64,000 bases of DNA, from positions 4,544,001 to 4,608,000 of the forward strand of contig OZ241986.1 in the NCBI GenBank assembly GCA_965204375.1, given 5' to 3'. Each line of letters begins with the position of its first letter. Position 1 is the first letter of the stretch. This stretch comes from Candidatus Latescibacterota bacterium. GTDB lineage: Bacteria; Latescibacterota; UBA2968. Of the stretch, positions 1 to 9,529 are shown in pieces. Both the position numbers and the translations under genes were made by a program. The notes beneath the pieces were generated by a model that ran no database searches, was not told the origin of the DNA, and saw only the letters and a program-made list of their open reading frames with translations.

Positions 1-2
1 TA

Positions 3-356
3 TCGGCCATCCAATCATTCATTTTCGACAAAAAATTCCAATTCTGGATCGCGGGCATTCTCGTCGGCTTATTCGCCGGTCCCAACCAATCGGCCAGCCG
101 CTCCCTCATGGGACGTTTTGTCCCCCCAAACAAAGAAACCGAATTTTACGGCTTCTACGCCTTCTCGGGAAAAGCCACCGCATTTCTCGGCCCCCTCCTC
201 ATGGGCATCATCACACAAGCCTTTGGATCCCAGCGCTTCGGCATGGCAACCGTGGGCCTGTTCTTCATCATAGGCGGTCTCCTCTTGCGCACCGTTGACG
301 AACAAAAAGGCATCCGCATGGCGCGTGAAAAAACGCCAACGGAAACAGACGCCTGA
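3..356 (+). CDS. MFS transporter (UMF1/ATG22-like), C-terminal part, truncated by window edge
   Basis: Frame open from base 3: ...FWIAGILVGLFAGPNQSASRSLMGRFVPPNKETEFYGFYAFSGKATAFLGP...; typical UMF1-family C-terminal helices. Confidence 0.8.
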   Translation, partial: SAIQSFIFDKKFQFWIAGILVGLFAGPNQSASRSLMGRFVPPNKETEFYGFYAFSGKATAFLGPLLMGIITQAFGSQRFGMATVGLFFIIGGLLLRTVDEQKGIRMAREKTPTETDA

Positions 357-399
357 CACTGGATCACCCTACCGAAATACTTCAAAATAGAAATTCCCC

Positions 400-456
400 T
401 TGACAATTATTTGTAATATTGTCATATTTTACTATGACAATAGGACGATATGACAA
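400..456 (+). promoter_or_regulatory. sigma70 -35 box plus palindromic operator upstream of GntR gene
   Basis: TTGACA at 400-405; perfect inverted repeat TATTGTCATA-N6-TATGACAATA at 417-442; extra half-site TATGACAA at 449-456. Confidence 0.7.
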
Positions 457-488
457 GCGTATTCTAAAACATAAGGTATAATCCCAAG

Positions 489-872
489 ATGAATTTTGAA
501 TTAGATCCCAAAAGCGGTATCCCTTTCTATCGCCAGATCATTGACCAGATTCGTTATGGCATTGCTGCGGGCAGATTGAAAGTAGGAGACCAATTACCCA
601 CCGTTCGCGCTCTGGCCGTAGAACTCAAGGTCAATCTCAACACCATCAGCAAAGCCTATAGGGAACTGGAAATTAAAAACATTCTGGAGACCCAGCAGGG
701 TTCAGGAACGTTTATCGCGCCAGTAAAAGTAGAGATCCCCGACAACGAAAGGGAAAAAAAACTGGCGGGTATATGCAATGAATTCCAGAGCATTGCTGCA
801 GCCTACGGATTCAATCTTGAAGACTTAATCAAAGAACTGAAACAACGAAAAGGAGCAGATCATGAACGATAA
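489..872 (+). CDS. GntR family transcriptional regulator (YtrA subfamily)
   Basis: 127 aa; PFYRQIIDQI...LKVGDQLPTVRALAVELKVNLNTISKAYRELE...QGSGTF winged HTH with short C-terminus. Confidence 0.92.
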   Translation: MNFELDPKSGIPFYRQIIDQIRYGIAAGRLKVGDQLPTVRALAVELKVNLNTISKAYRELEIKNILETQQGSGTFIAPVKVEIPDNEREKKLAGICNEFQSIAAAYGFNLEDLIKELKQRKGADHER

Positions 873-1773
873 AATTCCTCTGAACAAGCATGTCAATCTC
901 GTCTCGATCTTCATTTTCGTCATCCTCACGCTGGCAAACGCAATCCTATTCTATTCGGAACTGATCTCTCTAACCATCGCCCTGATCGGACTGGCTGCTA
1001 CGCTATTCATCGCCGCCACATTGAAAATCTCTGACCAGTGGGAAAAGGCCGTGGTCTTGCGTATGGGAAAATTTATTGGATTAAAAGGTCCGGGTTGGTT
1101 TCTCATCATTCCCATCATCGACCGGGTCGATAAATATATCGACCAGCGAGTCCGGGTTACTGACATTAGAGCCGACTCTACCCTGACAAAAGACACTGTC
1201 CCGGTCAACGTCGATGCCGTCGTCTATTGGACCGTTTGGGATGCTGAAAAAGCCGCCCTCGAAGTTCAAGAATACGAATACGCCGTTTCACTCGTCTCCC
1301 GGACTGGTCTGCGCGACATCATCGGCAAACACGAATTGGCAGATCTCCTGCAAAATCGAGAAAAAATCGCCGAAGCCCTGCAACAGACCCTCGACGAAAC
1401 GACCAGTTCCTGGGGCATAACCTGTCAGACTGTAGGCATCAAAGACATCGTTATACCACCCGACCTTGCAGACGCCATGAGCAAACAAGCCCAGGCAGAA
1501 AGGGAACGCCAGGCCCGGATCATCCTGGGCACAGCCGAAACCGAAATCTCAGAAAAATTCTCCCAGGCCAGCGAAAACTATCACAATAACCCCGTTGCCC
1601 TTCAACTGCGCGGTATGAACATGCTCTTTGAAGGACTAAAAGAAAAAGGCTCTCTGGTAATCGTACCGAGTTCCGCCCTGGAATCGATGAACCTGGGGGC
1701 TATTGGGGGACTGACCGCCCTTGCTGAGAACAACACAGACCAAACACCCGACCCGACTGAAAAGACGGCTTAA
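862..1773 (+). CDS. SPFH/stomatin-like (slipin) membrane protein
   Basis: N-terminal TM helices; QWEKAVVLRMGK, LTKDTVPVNVDAVV, AMSKQAQAERERQA band-7 motifs; overlaps GntR stop. Confidence 0.92.
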   Translation: MNDKIPLNKHVNLVSIFIFVILTLANAILFYSELISLTIALIGLAATLFIAATLKISDQWEKAVVLRMGKFIGLKGPGWFLIIPIIDRVDKYIDQRVRVTDIRADSTLTKDTVPVNVDAVVYWTVWDAEKAALEVQEYEYAVSLVSRTGLRDIIGKHELADLLQNREKIAEALQQTLDETTSSWGITCQTVGIKDIVIPPDLADAMSKQAQAERERQARIILGTAETEISEKFSQASENYHNNPVALQLRGMNMLFEGLKEKGSLVIVPSSALESMNLGAIGGLTALAENNTDQTPDPTEKTA

Positions 1774-1792
1774 ACACCACCGGGAAAGACAC

Positions 1793-1823
1793 AAAAAAAG
1801 CCGCTCAAACGAGCGGCTTTTGC
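1793..1823. terminator. Bidirectional intrinsic terminator T, copy 1 of 3
   Basis: AAAAAAAGCCGCTC-AAAC-GAGCGGCTTTTGC between convergent genes; near-identical copies at 8573 and 14012. Confidence 0.85.
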
Positions 1824-1838
1824 GTAAAGAACACAGGA

Positions 1839-2669
1839 TCACTCCACCCGAAAAACCACAGAATCCGCGGCCATAGAAGCGAACAACCCAATCCCCCCCT
1901 TCACATGGAACTGCGGCTCATCTAACGCCGCTTCATCTTGCGCGCTCGAAATCAAATAATCGCCGTAATTCTCATCCAGCGCATAGACCAGAAATGAGTA
2001 TATGCCATAATACGAAAACTGTCTCGAATTTAAGGTCAACGCGCGCCCCTGCAAAAAACGCCATTGATCTGCCCGGGCAATACTATCCCGCAACGCGCCC
2101 AGCCCTGTGGTATCCACTGCGCCGCCAAACCCCCCACCAAATCTTCCAAACTGAGTCGCCAGCGGAATTTGCTCCAATAGCTCCACAGACTTGCGCGTCG
2201 TAACATATCCACCCTTTGTCTCACCCTCCCATGTGACCCGATACGCATCACCCCCAATCAGCAACGTAGATGTGCCCGAAACATGCGGCGCAACCGGCAC
2301 CGTCGTCTGCGCCGTCGCTGTACCCAACCCCGTCGTAACAGACAAGTAATAGGTCTTACCCGATTCAACAATCAGATCCGATTGCGCGTAATAACCCGGC
2401 CTATCCACCACAGGTGACAACTCGTACGACACCCCATCCACCTCAATCGTCACCAGCGCATCCGACAGCGCACTCGCCTCCCGATCATACACGCTGGAAA
2501 GCGGCATCGTTGTACCCACAAACAAATCGGACACAGGACTCCCCGCCCGCAAATAACCCTCGACATAAACCGTCTCTCGAAACTCCCCCAACGACTCAGT
2601 CGGCGCCGTGCTACAACCCCCAGCACCAAGACCGAGAACAAAACAAAATATCCATTGTATTTTTTTCAT
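1839..2669 (-). CDS. DUF4249-family outer-membrane lipoprotein
   Basis: Start MKKIQW (ATG 2669), lipobox-like GAGGC, VYVEGYL near N-terminus, HVKGGIGLFAS near C-terminus; follows TonB receptor. Confidence 0.75.
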   Translation of the reverse strand: MKKIQWIFCFVLGLGAGGCSTAPTESLGEFRETVYVEGYLRAGSPVSDLFVGTTMPLSSVYDREASALSDALVTIEVDGVSYELSPVVDRPGYYAQSDLIVESGKTYYLSVTTGLGTATAQTTVPVAPHVSGTSTLLIGGDAYRVTWEGETKGGYVTTRKSVELLEQIPLATQFGRFGGGFGGAVDTTGLGALRDSIARADQWRFLQGRALTLNSRQFSYYGIYSFLVYALDENYGDYLISSAQDEAALDEPQFHVKGGIGLFASMAADSVVFRVE

Positions 2670-2710
2670 CCCAAATTCCTCTGCATTAATATCGCAATGA
2701 CGGGTAACCA

Positions 2711-2845
2711 CGGGCGGTGTACAACTGGTCGCAGTCCAGACCAGTTCACGGTTGCCCCTACAATCAGACGAATGATTTTTCACCCTATGTTTCATCTGTG
2801 TCCATCTGCGTAAAACGCTCGAATTACTCGCGTTTTTTCTGCGGA
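2711..2845. repeat. REP-like hairpin (GTAG family) plus ATCTGCG-type intergenic repeat
   Basis: GGGCGGTGTACAACTGGTC...GACCAGTTCACGGTTGCCCCTAC; then ATCTGCGTAAAACGCTCGAATTACTCGCGTTTTTTCTGCGG, related to 24888-24927 (reverse) and 60667-60728. Confidence 0.6.
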
Positions 2846-5299
2846 TCACATATTAAAACGAAAACCAACACTCGGCAAAATCGGCTGAAGAAGCACATCC
2901 TGCACCTGAATCTCAGCCTCTGTCGCATCAAACGAGCGATACCACACATTGCGCCGATTATAGACATTGAACACACTGAACACCAGCTGCCCCCCAACGC
3001 CACCCCACCTGAAATCGCGCGTAATACCCAGATCCATGCGGTGATACGCCGGCAACCGATAGGCATTCTTCTCCGACACATGGACATAGGGAATAGACTG
3101 CCCCGTTGGCTGCTGCACCTCATAACGCGCCTCGGGAAGCGTATATGCCTGCCCCGTACCATAAACCCAATTGGCATTCAGATTCCAGCCCCTGCCCAGA
3201 TAATAATCCGTCACAACAGAAACATCGTGGCGCCGGTCGTACTTTGGCGGAAACGGATTGCCCTGGTTCAAAGCGGCAAAAGTATGCTCTGTCTTACTCA
3301 ACGTATATCCAATCCAACCCTTCAAACGCCCCTCAGTCTTCCGAAGCAAAAACTCCCCACCATAAGATCTTCCCGAACCAGTCGCGAACAAATCGGACAG
3401 CGGCGTCGAATCGCTCAGACGAACCTGGGACTGAAACGCCACAAGATCATCCATCTCCTTGTGATAAAATTCCAGATCAACCTGCCAGCTTTCACCCGGC
3501 GTCAACATAAGGCCAAACGCATTGTGAACAGCTTTCCCCGGCGTCAAAGTCTCATCCACCGGCAGCCACATATCCGTCGTATAAGTATTGGCCTCAATCG
3601 AAATCAAATTGACAAACTGGTGATAAATGCCCCAACCGCCCTTAAACGCGATCCTATCATCCAGTTGAAACAAACCCGCCACCCGCGGAGACCAGCGGGT
3701 ATAATTGCCACTCTGGAAATGACTCACGCGCACCCCAGGCGTCAACTCCAGACGCCCCCAGCGCATCGTATGCTCGAGAAAACCCGTCTGATAAAAAGAC
3801 GACGTATTAATCTGTGACCGGGTCGAATCGCCCACGCCCTGCTTGTAAAAAGCGTCATACGATGTAAATTGGGCACCCACGCGCGTCGTGTGAAAAGGAC
3901 CCGAATAAAGATCAAACGTCAACTTTGCCGTCAAATCGTTCAACTCATTATTGCGATTCAATGCAAAGCCACGCCGTCCGCCTCCACCTTGTCCCGCCTG
4001 ATCACTATTGACAGCCTCGTTTTGATTGGTCGCAACATCAAAATTGGACAGATATCGACTCGCCGAAACCTGCACATTGCCGATCAAATTATCCGTGTAA
4101 ATATGCAACCACTTAAACCGCGCAATCCGATTGCCCCAATCCATGAGCTGATCGCGCGTCTGCTCTCGAAAAGACGGCAGCGACAGATTCAGCGCATCAT
4201 TGCCCATATATCCACTCACCGAAACCCGGTCATTGTCAGACACATCTAAATTGAGCTTGAAATTCGTATCGTAGAACCCATAATCCTGTCCAAAATCGCT
4301 CGTCTGCTGCTGAAAATTGAACCGCGCCTGCCCAAAGCGTCCCCCACCTTGCCGTCTCCCAAAGCCGCCACCTCCCAATCCCCCCGGCCCACCGCCAGTA
4401 ACTGGAGCCGTGCCAATGGTGCCAATGCGCGTACTGAACATTTCATCCACGATATGATCAAACAGCGGCGAATTTAAAACCTCTTGATATGTGCGCCGCC
4501 CCGAAAACATCCACGAACCGCGATCACCCACTGGCCCACCAACCGTCAACCCCGCACTGATCAAATCCATGGACGCCCGCGCATCAAAAGACTTCCGGTT
4601 ACCATCCAAATTTGTAATATCCAGCACACTCGACAGGCGGTCGCCATACCGCGCGGGAAACGTCCCCTTAATCAGAGTGACATCCTTCAACGCATCGGGA
4701 TTAAACGTACTAAAAAACCCAAACAAATGATTCGGATTATAGACCACCACATCATCTAACAGAATCAAATTTTGTCCCGGCGTGCCCCCGCGCACATACA
4801 AACCCGCAGAATTTTCACTCGCGGCCTGCACGCCCGGAAGCAATTGAATCCCGCGCATCAAATCGGGCTGCCCCACCGTCGGAATACGCGCCAACTCCGT
4901 CACCCGTGTGCCAAACGCACTCACAGGCGTCACCTCAGTCGGTGCCACGCGCTCGCCTATGGCCTCGATCTCCTCACCCATCAACTCCGCAGGCTCCAAC
5001 TCAATCACAATCCGCGCGGTCTCACCCTGTATAACCACGACCTGAACAGACCGGCTCTCATAGCCGATATAACTCGCCGAAACCCTGTGCAAACCCGGCG
5101 ACAGATTCCCAATGACAAAATAACCGGCCTTATCTGTCGCCACACCAATGTGCAAACTGTCAATCACAACATTGGCATTCGGCAGAGTCTCGCCATTGGA
5201 AGCATCGCGCACCGTACCCCGTACCGCACCCTGACCATACGCCTGTGTACTGATGGCAAGACATACAACGCACAAAAACAACTGCACAATCCTCTTCAT
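2846..5299 (-). CDS. TonB-dependent outer membrane receptor with N-terminal carboxypeptidase-regulatory-like domain
   Basis: Signal peptide MKRIVQ; VRGTVRDASNGETLPNANV; plug motifs LYVRGGTPGQNLILLD and FPARYGDRLSSVL; C-terminal LPAYHRMDL...FNVYNRRN...GFRFNM. Confidence 0.92.
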   Translation of the reverse strand: MKRIVQLFLCVVCLAISTQAYGQGAVRGTVRDASNGETLPNANVVIDSLHIGVATDKAGYFVIGNLSPGLHRVSASYIGYESRSVQVVVIQGETARIVIELEPAELMGEEIEAIGERVAPTEVTPVSAFGTRVTELARIPTVGQPDLMRGIQLLPGVQAASENSAGLYVRGGTPGQNLILLDDVVVYNPNHLFGFFSTFNPDALKDVTLIKGTFPARYGDRLSSVLDITNLDGNRKSFDARASMDLISAGLTVGGPVGDRGSWMFSGRRTYQEVLNSPLFDHIVDEMFSTRIGTIGTAPVTGGGPGGLGGGGFGRRQGGGRFGQARFNFQQQTSDFGQDYGFYDTNFKLNLDVSDNDRVSVSGYMGNDALNLSLPSFREQTRDQLMDWGNRIARFKWLHIYTDNLIGNVQVSASRYLSNFDVATNQNEAVNSDQAGQGGGGRRGFALNRNNELNDLTAKLTFDLYSGPFHTTRVGAQFTSYDAFYKQGVGDSTRSQINTSSFYQTGFLEHTMRWGRLELTPGVRVSHFQSGNYTRWSPRVAGLFQLDDRIAFKGGWGIYHQFVNLISIEANTYTTDMWLPVDETLTPGKAVHNAFGLMLTPGESWQVDLEFYHKEMDDLVAFQSQVRLSDSTPLSDLFATGSGRSYGGEFLLRKTEGRLKGWIGYTLSKTEHTFAALNQGNPFPPKYDRRHDVSVVTDYYLGRGWNLNANWVYGTGQAYTLPEARYEVQQPTGQSIPYVHVSEKNAYRLPAYHRMDLGITRDFRWGGVGGQLVFSVFNVYNRRNVWYRSFDATEAEIQVQDVLLQPILPSVGFRFNM

Positions 5300-5304
5300 G
5301 GTCT

Positions 5305-5468
5305 CTCCTTTTCCCCTCCCAAGGACGGTTTTGAAATAATCCTCCCTTCTGACATTTCTTAGATTCACAGAATGACTTTTCCGTTCCCCATTTTCTGTAC
5401 AAAAATTGTTAAGATTCTGTTAAAATCCGTAAAAAAAACGCGCCCATTTCTCAATGGACGCGCTTTAT
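5305..5468 (-). repeat. Duplicated upstream block (terminator U, promoter region, RBS), copy A
   Basis: Colinear homology with 8317-8478, including identical AAAACGCGCCCATTTCTCAATGGACGCG hairpin. Confidence 0.8.
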
Positions 5469-5504
5469 ACTTCGATTCGACGGGTTAGGTACAGAAAAAG
5501 GTGG

Positions 5505-8237
5505 TCAATTGACAATCACAAACAGACCCTTCTGGGTCTGCCCCAAACTCTCGGGATGGTGTGACTCAATCACCCAGATATACGTACCGGCATTGAGACG
5601 ACCCCGCGTATTGGCATTCAAGCCCACCGTATGCGTATCCCACTCGACCTCGCCCTGCACCACCGGGCTACCCCGCTGCGGATCGAGTGAATCAAAGGTA
5701 TCACGCCAGGCCAGATCGCCCGTCAGCGTGTAAATGTACAGCGTACACCTGCTCGGCACATTGATCCACCGGATGCGAGGCGCGCCATAGCTGTGCTCAT
5801 CCATGCCCTGTACCCAGGGATTGGGCACCACCCTGATCGGCAGTGACATGGACTCATTTTCATGATTGAGCAAGGCAGAGGTCAAGCGCGGCACAAGGCC
5901 ATTGGGGGGATTCAGATACTGATTGCGCTCATCCGAGTGCCCGGTTTCCAGACCCTGCTCATCAAAAGCGCGTACCGAATAGTGGTAAACAAATCCCTGG
6001 CTGGGCTCTGGATCAGTAAACATATAGGTACCCCAGCGGAAAGGACCATCAACCTCGGCTTCGGCAGGCTCCTCCTCGCCTTCTGCCCAGGGCTGATTGA
6101 TAAAAGAAGCACCCGGGGGCGCATCTGAGGGCAACTGCCGTTCGCCCTCAGGTCCCACAGCCTTGGGAATCGTCGCCAGCAATTTCCACGGACCAGCCCG
6201 CATAAAATCAGAGCGATAGATCCGATAACCCAGCACATCGGGACGACCCAGATCCGGATCAATCGCCGTATCGGCAATACCCGACCAGTTCAGTTCGACT
6301 TTCCCTTCCAGATTCGTCATCCCATTGACCTTCACATCGGGTGGTTGGTTAAGCCCGTCAAAACCCAGATCATACAGCTTTTGAGCCTCATTGCCGTGGG
6401 CATAAATCGCTTCGAGACCCAGTTCCAATTCGTCAACCAGACTCTGCTGCTGCCAGTTCCACTCGTAGGGACGCGCATAATTCCCGCTATCCATGCGATA
6501 TTTGGCTGAATTGGCCGCCATACCCGCCACATACGCGATCACGACTTTTGCTTTGTCGCCGGGACCCAGGGTATAGGGACCGTAAATCTGTGCATCGATC
6601 CACGCACCCAATTCCTCATTGTCGTGGTGCTGCACCATCCGATCGGTCTCATGATCTCCGAGCACGCCAGCAGCATCGCTATAGATGTCAAACAATTGAT
6701 TCTCGCCGTGCGTACCGCCATGCGGATCATCGCCTAATGCCGAAGAATACATCCGCCATCTGAACACAGTGTGGGGCTGTGGACCTTGCGGCTTCACATA
6801 ACCGCCTTTTCTATCCAGAGCATTAAAGGGATGCTCAGATGTACCCGTCGCAATCGGCATCATCCCGATGTACTGCGGAGAAAGCAACGTATCATCCTTA
6901 AAATTGGACGTTGATACGTATTGATGCTGTGCGCGGGATCGGGTATAAGGCTCACCCAAGTCATTCCACAGGCGGGCAACGGCATCGCCATCATACACAT
7001 ACGTCAGGTGCATCGGCGCACCCTTGTAGTTGTAGGCATATTCCGGATGATCGTAATTATCCGCCTGTGTATAGCGCCAGTGATCGTCTTGCGTGGAAGG
7101 CTGCACAAGGTTCCACGCATTCGAGTTCGATCCGCCAGCCGGCACCCACTCAGCACCGGTCTTGCTGGCGATAAACCCGTTCTTGACCACGATATAGACT
7201 TCGTCGAGTTGTTTGGGATATCCGGCATCTGCTTTGCCATCGCCATCTGTATCGCCGTTATTCCAGAACTCGATCTCCGTGATCAAAAAGTCGTCGTAAT
7301 CACCCCGGGTCATGATCGAAGACTGCTTGCCTTTAGGAGTTGGCACGGGGATCATCACGTCGTTATCAGTACCGGGTGTGGAATACGCATGGATCATCCG
7401 CTTCACCGTAATACCCGAAGCCTGTGTCCAGCCGGTCACCAGCAGATTCTCACCGAACAACTCGGGCGACAAACGCGGATCATTGGTCTTCACCCCATTC
7501 GATCGCATCTGATTCAATCCGGCGCGCACCCTTTTGTAGGATGACTCCAGCATCTGCTTGAACGACTCATTGTTCAGGGGATAAAATCCATAGCCCCAGT
7601 TGTAATAATCCATTGGCTCTACTTTTTCCGGTCCCGGCGGAAAAGCGCGTTGTCCCAAACCGCCGTAGGTACTGAAATCATACTGGTATTCCACAGCCTC
7701 GCCATTCACAAAATGGTGTGTGATCTTCATATCTCTCATGCGGGGCCAATAAAGCGCAGCATTCTGCCCGTAATTGAACAGATTAAAAGGGCGACCACCA
7801 GACCGCCACACAGACCGCCAGATCGATGCAATGCTTTCGACATTATTGCGCGGATTGTGCTGGATAGAAAAAATGTCTGCGGTTGGCTGGCGGGGACCTC
7901 CCTGAGATACAAACTTGCGACCATCATTTGTGCGCGCCATCACCCACACGCCATTGCCACGCGAATTGTCCTGCCGGTTCACGCGGTTCACAATACCCGA
8001 CGAATAGGTCGAAGTCCACCGTCCGGGATAAGACATGCCCACCTCAGCACCAATGATGGTACCGCCATCCAGCGAGTGCCCCAAGGTGCCGTTGTTGCGC
8101 ATCGACACCCAGAGCTTCGCGCGATTGGTCGTACGGCGGCGCGTGCGCTGCTGCGCCTCGACATCAATCGCCATATACAACTCCGACACACCCAACACAC
8201 CAATTAGAATTAGACAAAACAATAAAAACTTGCGCAT
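5505..8237 (-). CDS. Large secreted protein with FN3-like domain and FCB-type C-terminal Ig/FlgD-like (T9SS-CTD-like) domain
   Basis: Start MRKFLLF (ATG 8237, RBS AGGAGG); VELNWS...GYRIYRS...YHYSVRAFD FN3 signature; IRVVPNPW...IRWINVPSRCTLYIYTLTGDL...W C-terminus. Confidence 0.7.
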   Translation of the reverse strand: MRKFLLFCLILIGVLGVSELYMAIDVEAQQRTRRRTTNRAKLWVSMRNNGTLGHSLDGGTIIGAEVGMSYPGRWTSTYSSGIVNRVNRQDNSRGNGVWVMARTNDGRKFVSQGGPRQPTADIFSIQHNPRNNVESIASIWRSVWRSGGRPFNLFNYGQNAALYWPRMRDMKITHHFVNGEAVEYQYDFSTYGGLGQRAFPPGPEKVEPMDYYNWGYGFYPLNNESFKQMLESSYKRVRAGLNQMRSNGVKTNDPRLSPELFGENLLVTGWTQASGITVKRMIHAYSTPGTDNDVMIPVPTPKGKQSSIMTRGDYDDFLITEIEFWNNGDTDGDGKADAGYPKQLDEVYIVVKNGFIASKTGAEWVPAGGSNSNAWNLVQPSTQDDHWRYTQADNYDHPEYAYNYKGAPMHLTYVYDGDAVARLWNDLGEPYTRSRAQHQYVSTSNFKDDTLLSPQYIGMMPIATGTSEHPFNALDRKGGYVKPQGPQPHTVFRWRMYSSALGDDPHGGTHGENQLFDIYSDAAGVLGDHETDRMVQHHDNEELGAWIDAQIYGPYTLGPGDKAKVVIAYVAGMAANSAKYRMDSGNYARPYEWNWQQQSLVDELELGLEAIYAHGNEAQKLYDLGFDGLNQPPDVKVNGMTNLEGKVELNWSGIADTAIDPDLGRPDVLGYRIYRSDFMRAGPWKLLATIPKAVGPEGERQLPSDAPPGASFINQPWAEGEEEPAEAEVDGPFRWGTYMFTDPEPSQGFVYHYSVRAFDEQGLETGHSDERNQYLNPPNGLVPRLTSALLNHENESMSLPIRVVPNPWVQGMDEHSYGAPRIRWINVPSRCTLYIYTLTGDLAWRDTFDSLDPQRGSPVVQGEVEWDTHTVGLNANTRGRLNAGTYIWVIESHHPESLGQTQKGLFVIVN

Positions 8238-8252
8238 CGTGTGATTCCTCCT

Positions 8253-8304
8253 ATTTTGCCCCGGCGTGCCTCCGCGCACCTACAAGTCCGCGGAATTTTC
8301 ACTC
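8253..8304 (-). pseudogene. 52-nt relic of the TonB receptor plug-coding region in the leader of the 910-aa gene
   Basis: 46/52 identical to 4769-4820 (ENSAGLYVRGGTPGQN); Tyr codon changed to TAG. Confidence 0.8.
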
Positions 8305-8316
8305 CTCTTCAGAGTC

Positions 8317-8478
8317 CTCCTTTCCCCTCCCAAGGACAATATTGAAAGAACCCACTCTTTTAATATTTATTAAACTCACTTATTGATTCTCTTGTTCCCC
8401 ATTTTTTGTACGAAATTGTAAGACTATGTTAAGCTATGTAAAACAAAACGCGCCCATTTCTCAATGGACGCGTTTTAT
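8317..8478 (-). repeat. Duplicated upstream block, copy B
   Basis: Homologous to 5305-5468. Confidence 0.8.
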
Positions 8479-8487
8479 CGTATCTGA

Positions 8488-8555
8488 ACAGGCGGAAAGC
8501 CAACCAATACTATATCAATACGCCGATGTTAGAGTTATTTTTACAACTATCGGAT
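8488..8555. repeat. 68-bp direct repeat (GWxTD gene 3' end plus downstream DNA), left copy
   Basis: 63/68 identical to 14535-14602. Confidence 0.88.
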
Positions 8556-8572
8556 AGAGGAATTAATCGCCC

Positions 8573-8647
8573 AAAAAAAAGCCGCTCAAACAAGCGGCTT
8601 TTGCATTAGGGGCGCTGAATCACTTCATCCCAAAAATCACGGCATCC
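8573..8647. repeat. Terminator T copy 2 plus degenerate copy of DUF4249 gene 3' end
   Basis: Colinear similarity to 1793-1866; relic reads WDAVIFGMK* versus ADSVVFRVE*, with the same stop-to-terminator spacing. Confidence 0.7.
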
Positions 8648-8672
8648 CATTGGGACCAGCATTTCATCCAAT

Positions 8673-9527
8673 TTAGGGATCTATGGATAATGTCTCAGGA
8701 GTGAGAAATGCGAGCCAGTTCTGTACCGTTTCCATGTCCCTTCTTGCCTCGGTAACATTGAGGTTATAGGTCTCAGCGATTGAGCGAGATGCTCTTGGGA
8801 TTTCGATGTTATGCAACCGTATCACGGTGTTAGTGAAGGGGGCGGCGAGCAAACAAGCCGATGCCCACATTCGAACCTGCTCATCGGTCAACCCTGGAGG
8901 GATTCGGAGAGCTTGGATGTCGTGCTGCGCCGCTCGTTGCTCGTCGAATGAAGCTATCTCATCTTCTCTGTCTTGATATGAGAGTTCTAAATTCCTAAAA
9001 TCACGAGTCGCTGGTCGCCAAGTATCAAGCTGGGGTTGGTCGCCAGTAATTACGCTGTTACTCTGCGTACTGATCTCAGTTATGGCTTCCCAACGTGCGA
9101 ATTCGTCATCGCCTATTTCTCTCGATCCTTCCAGAAGTCCCTGCTGAAAGGCGTATGCATCAAAGTCGTCTCCCGGACGACAAAGGATCTCCAAGTTAGG
9201 TTGGCGCGACCATCCCATCGCGGACGATGTCAGGTTGGCAGATCCGATGAGGACCACACTATCGACTCGGTAGTATTTGGCATGAAGTGAGGGATGGAGC
9301 CTGAATGAGCCACCACGCTCAGTGACAATAGTGCGGCATTCAGTGTCGGACGCCCCTACAGCGAGGTCGTGCAAATTCCACCTCGTGATACAAATGAGGG
9401 ATGCGACTGGACTCACGTCTGCCAGAACTCTGGTAAGAGCATCCGTCTTAATATACGGTGCTGCCAAGATGAGATCCTGAGCACCTGAACAGAGCTGGCT
9501 CAACAAATCTCCTGGCCCAATAGACAT
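8673..9527 (-). CDS. Phospholipase D-family (single HKD) nuclease
   Basis: LILAAPYIK...LHAKYYRVDSVVLIGSANLT motif of PLD-type nucleases; last gene of operon. Confidence 0.85.
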   Translation of the reverse strand: MSIGPGDLLSQLCSGAQDLILAAPYIKTDALTRVLADVSPVASLICITRWNLHDLAVGASDTECRTIVTERGGSFRLHPSLHAKYYRVDSVVLIGSANLTSSAMGWSRQPNLEILCRPGDDFDAYAFQQGLLEGSREIGDDEFARWEAITEISTQSNSVITGDQPQLDTWRPATRDFRNLELSYQDREDEIASFDEQRAAQHDIQALRIPPGLTDEQVRMWASACLLAAPFTNTVIRLHNIEIPRASRSIAETYNLNVTEARRDMETVQNWLAFLTPETLSIDP

Positions 9528-9529
9528 AT

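Noticed and set aside
2717-3817. Long antisense ORFs (also 14488-15450, 18112-19164, 28021-29310, 32802-33806, 39166-40020)
   Set aside because: Shadow frames opposite well-supported genes, with no motifs.
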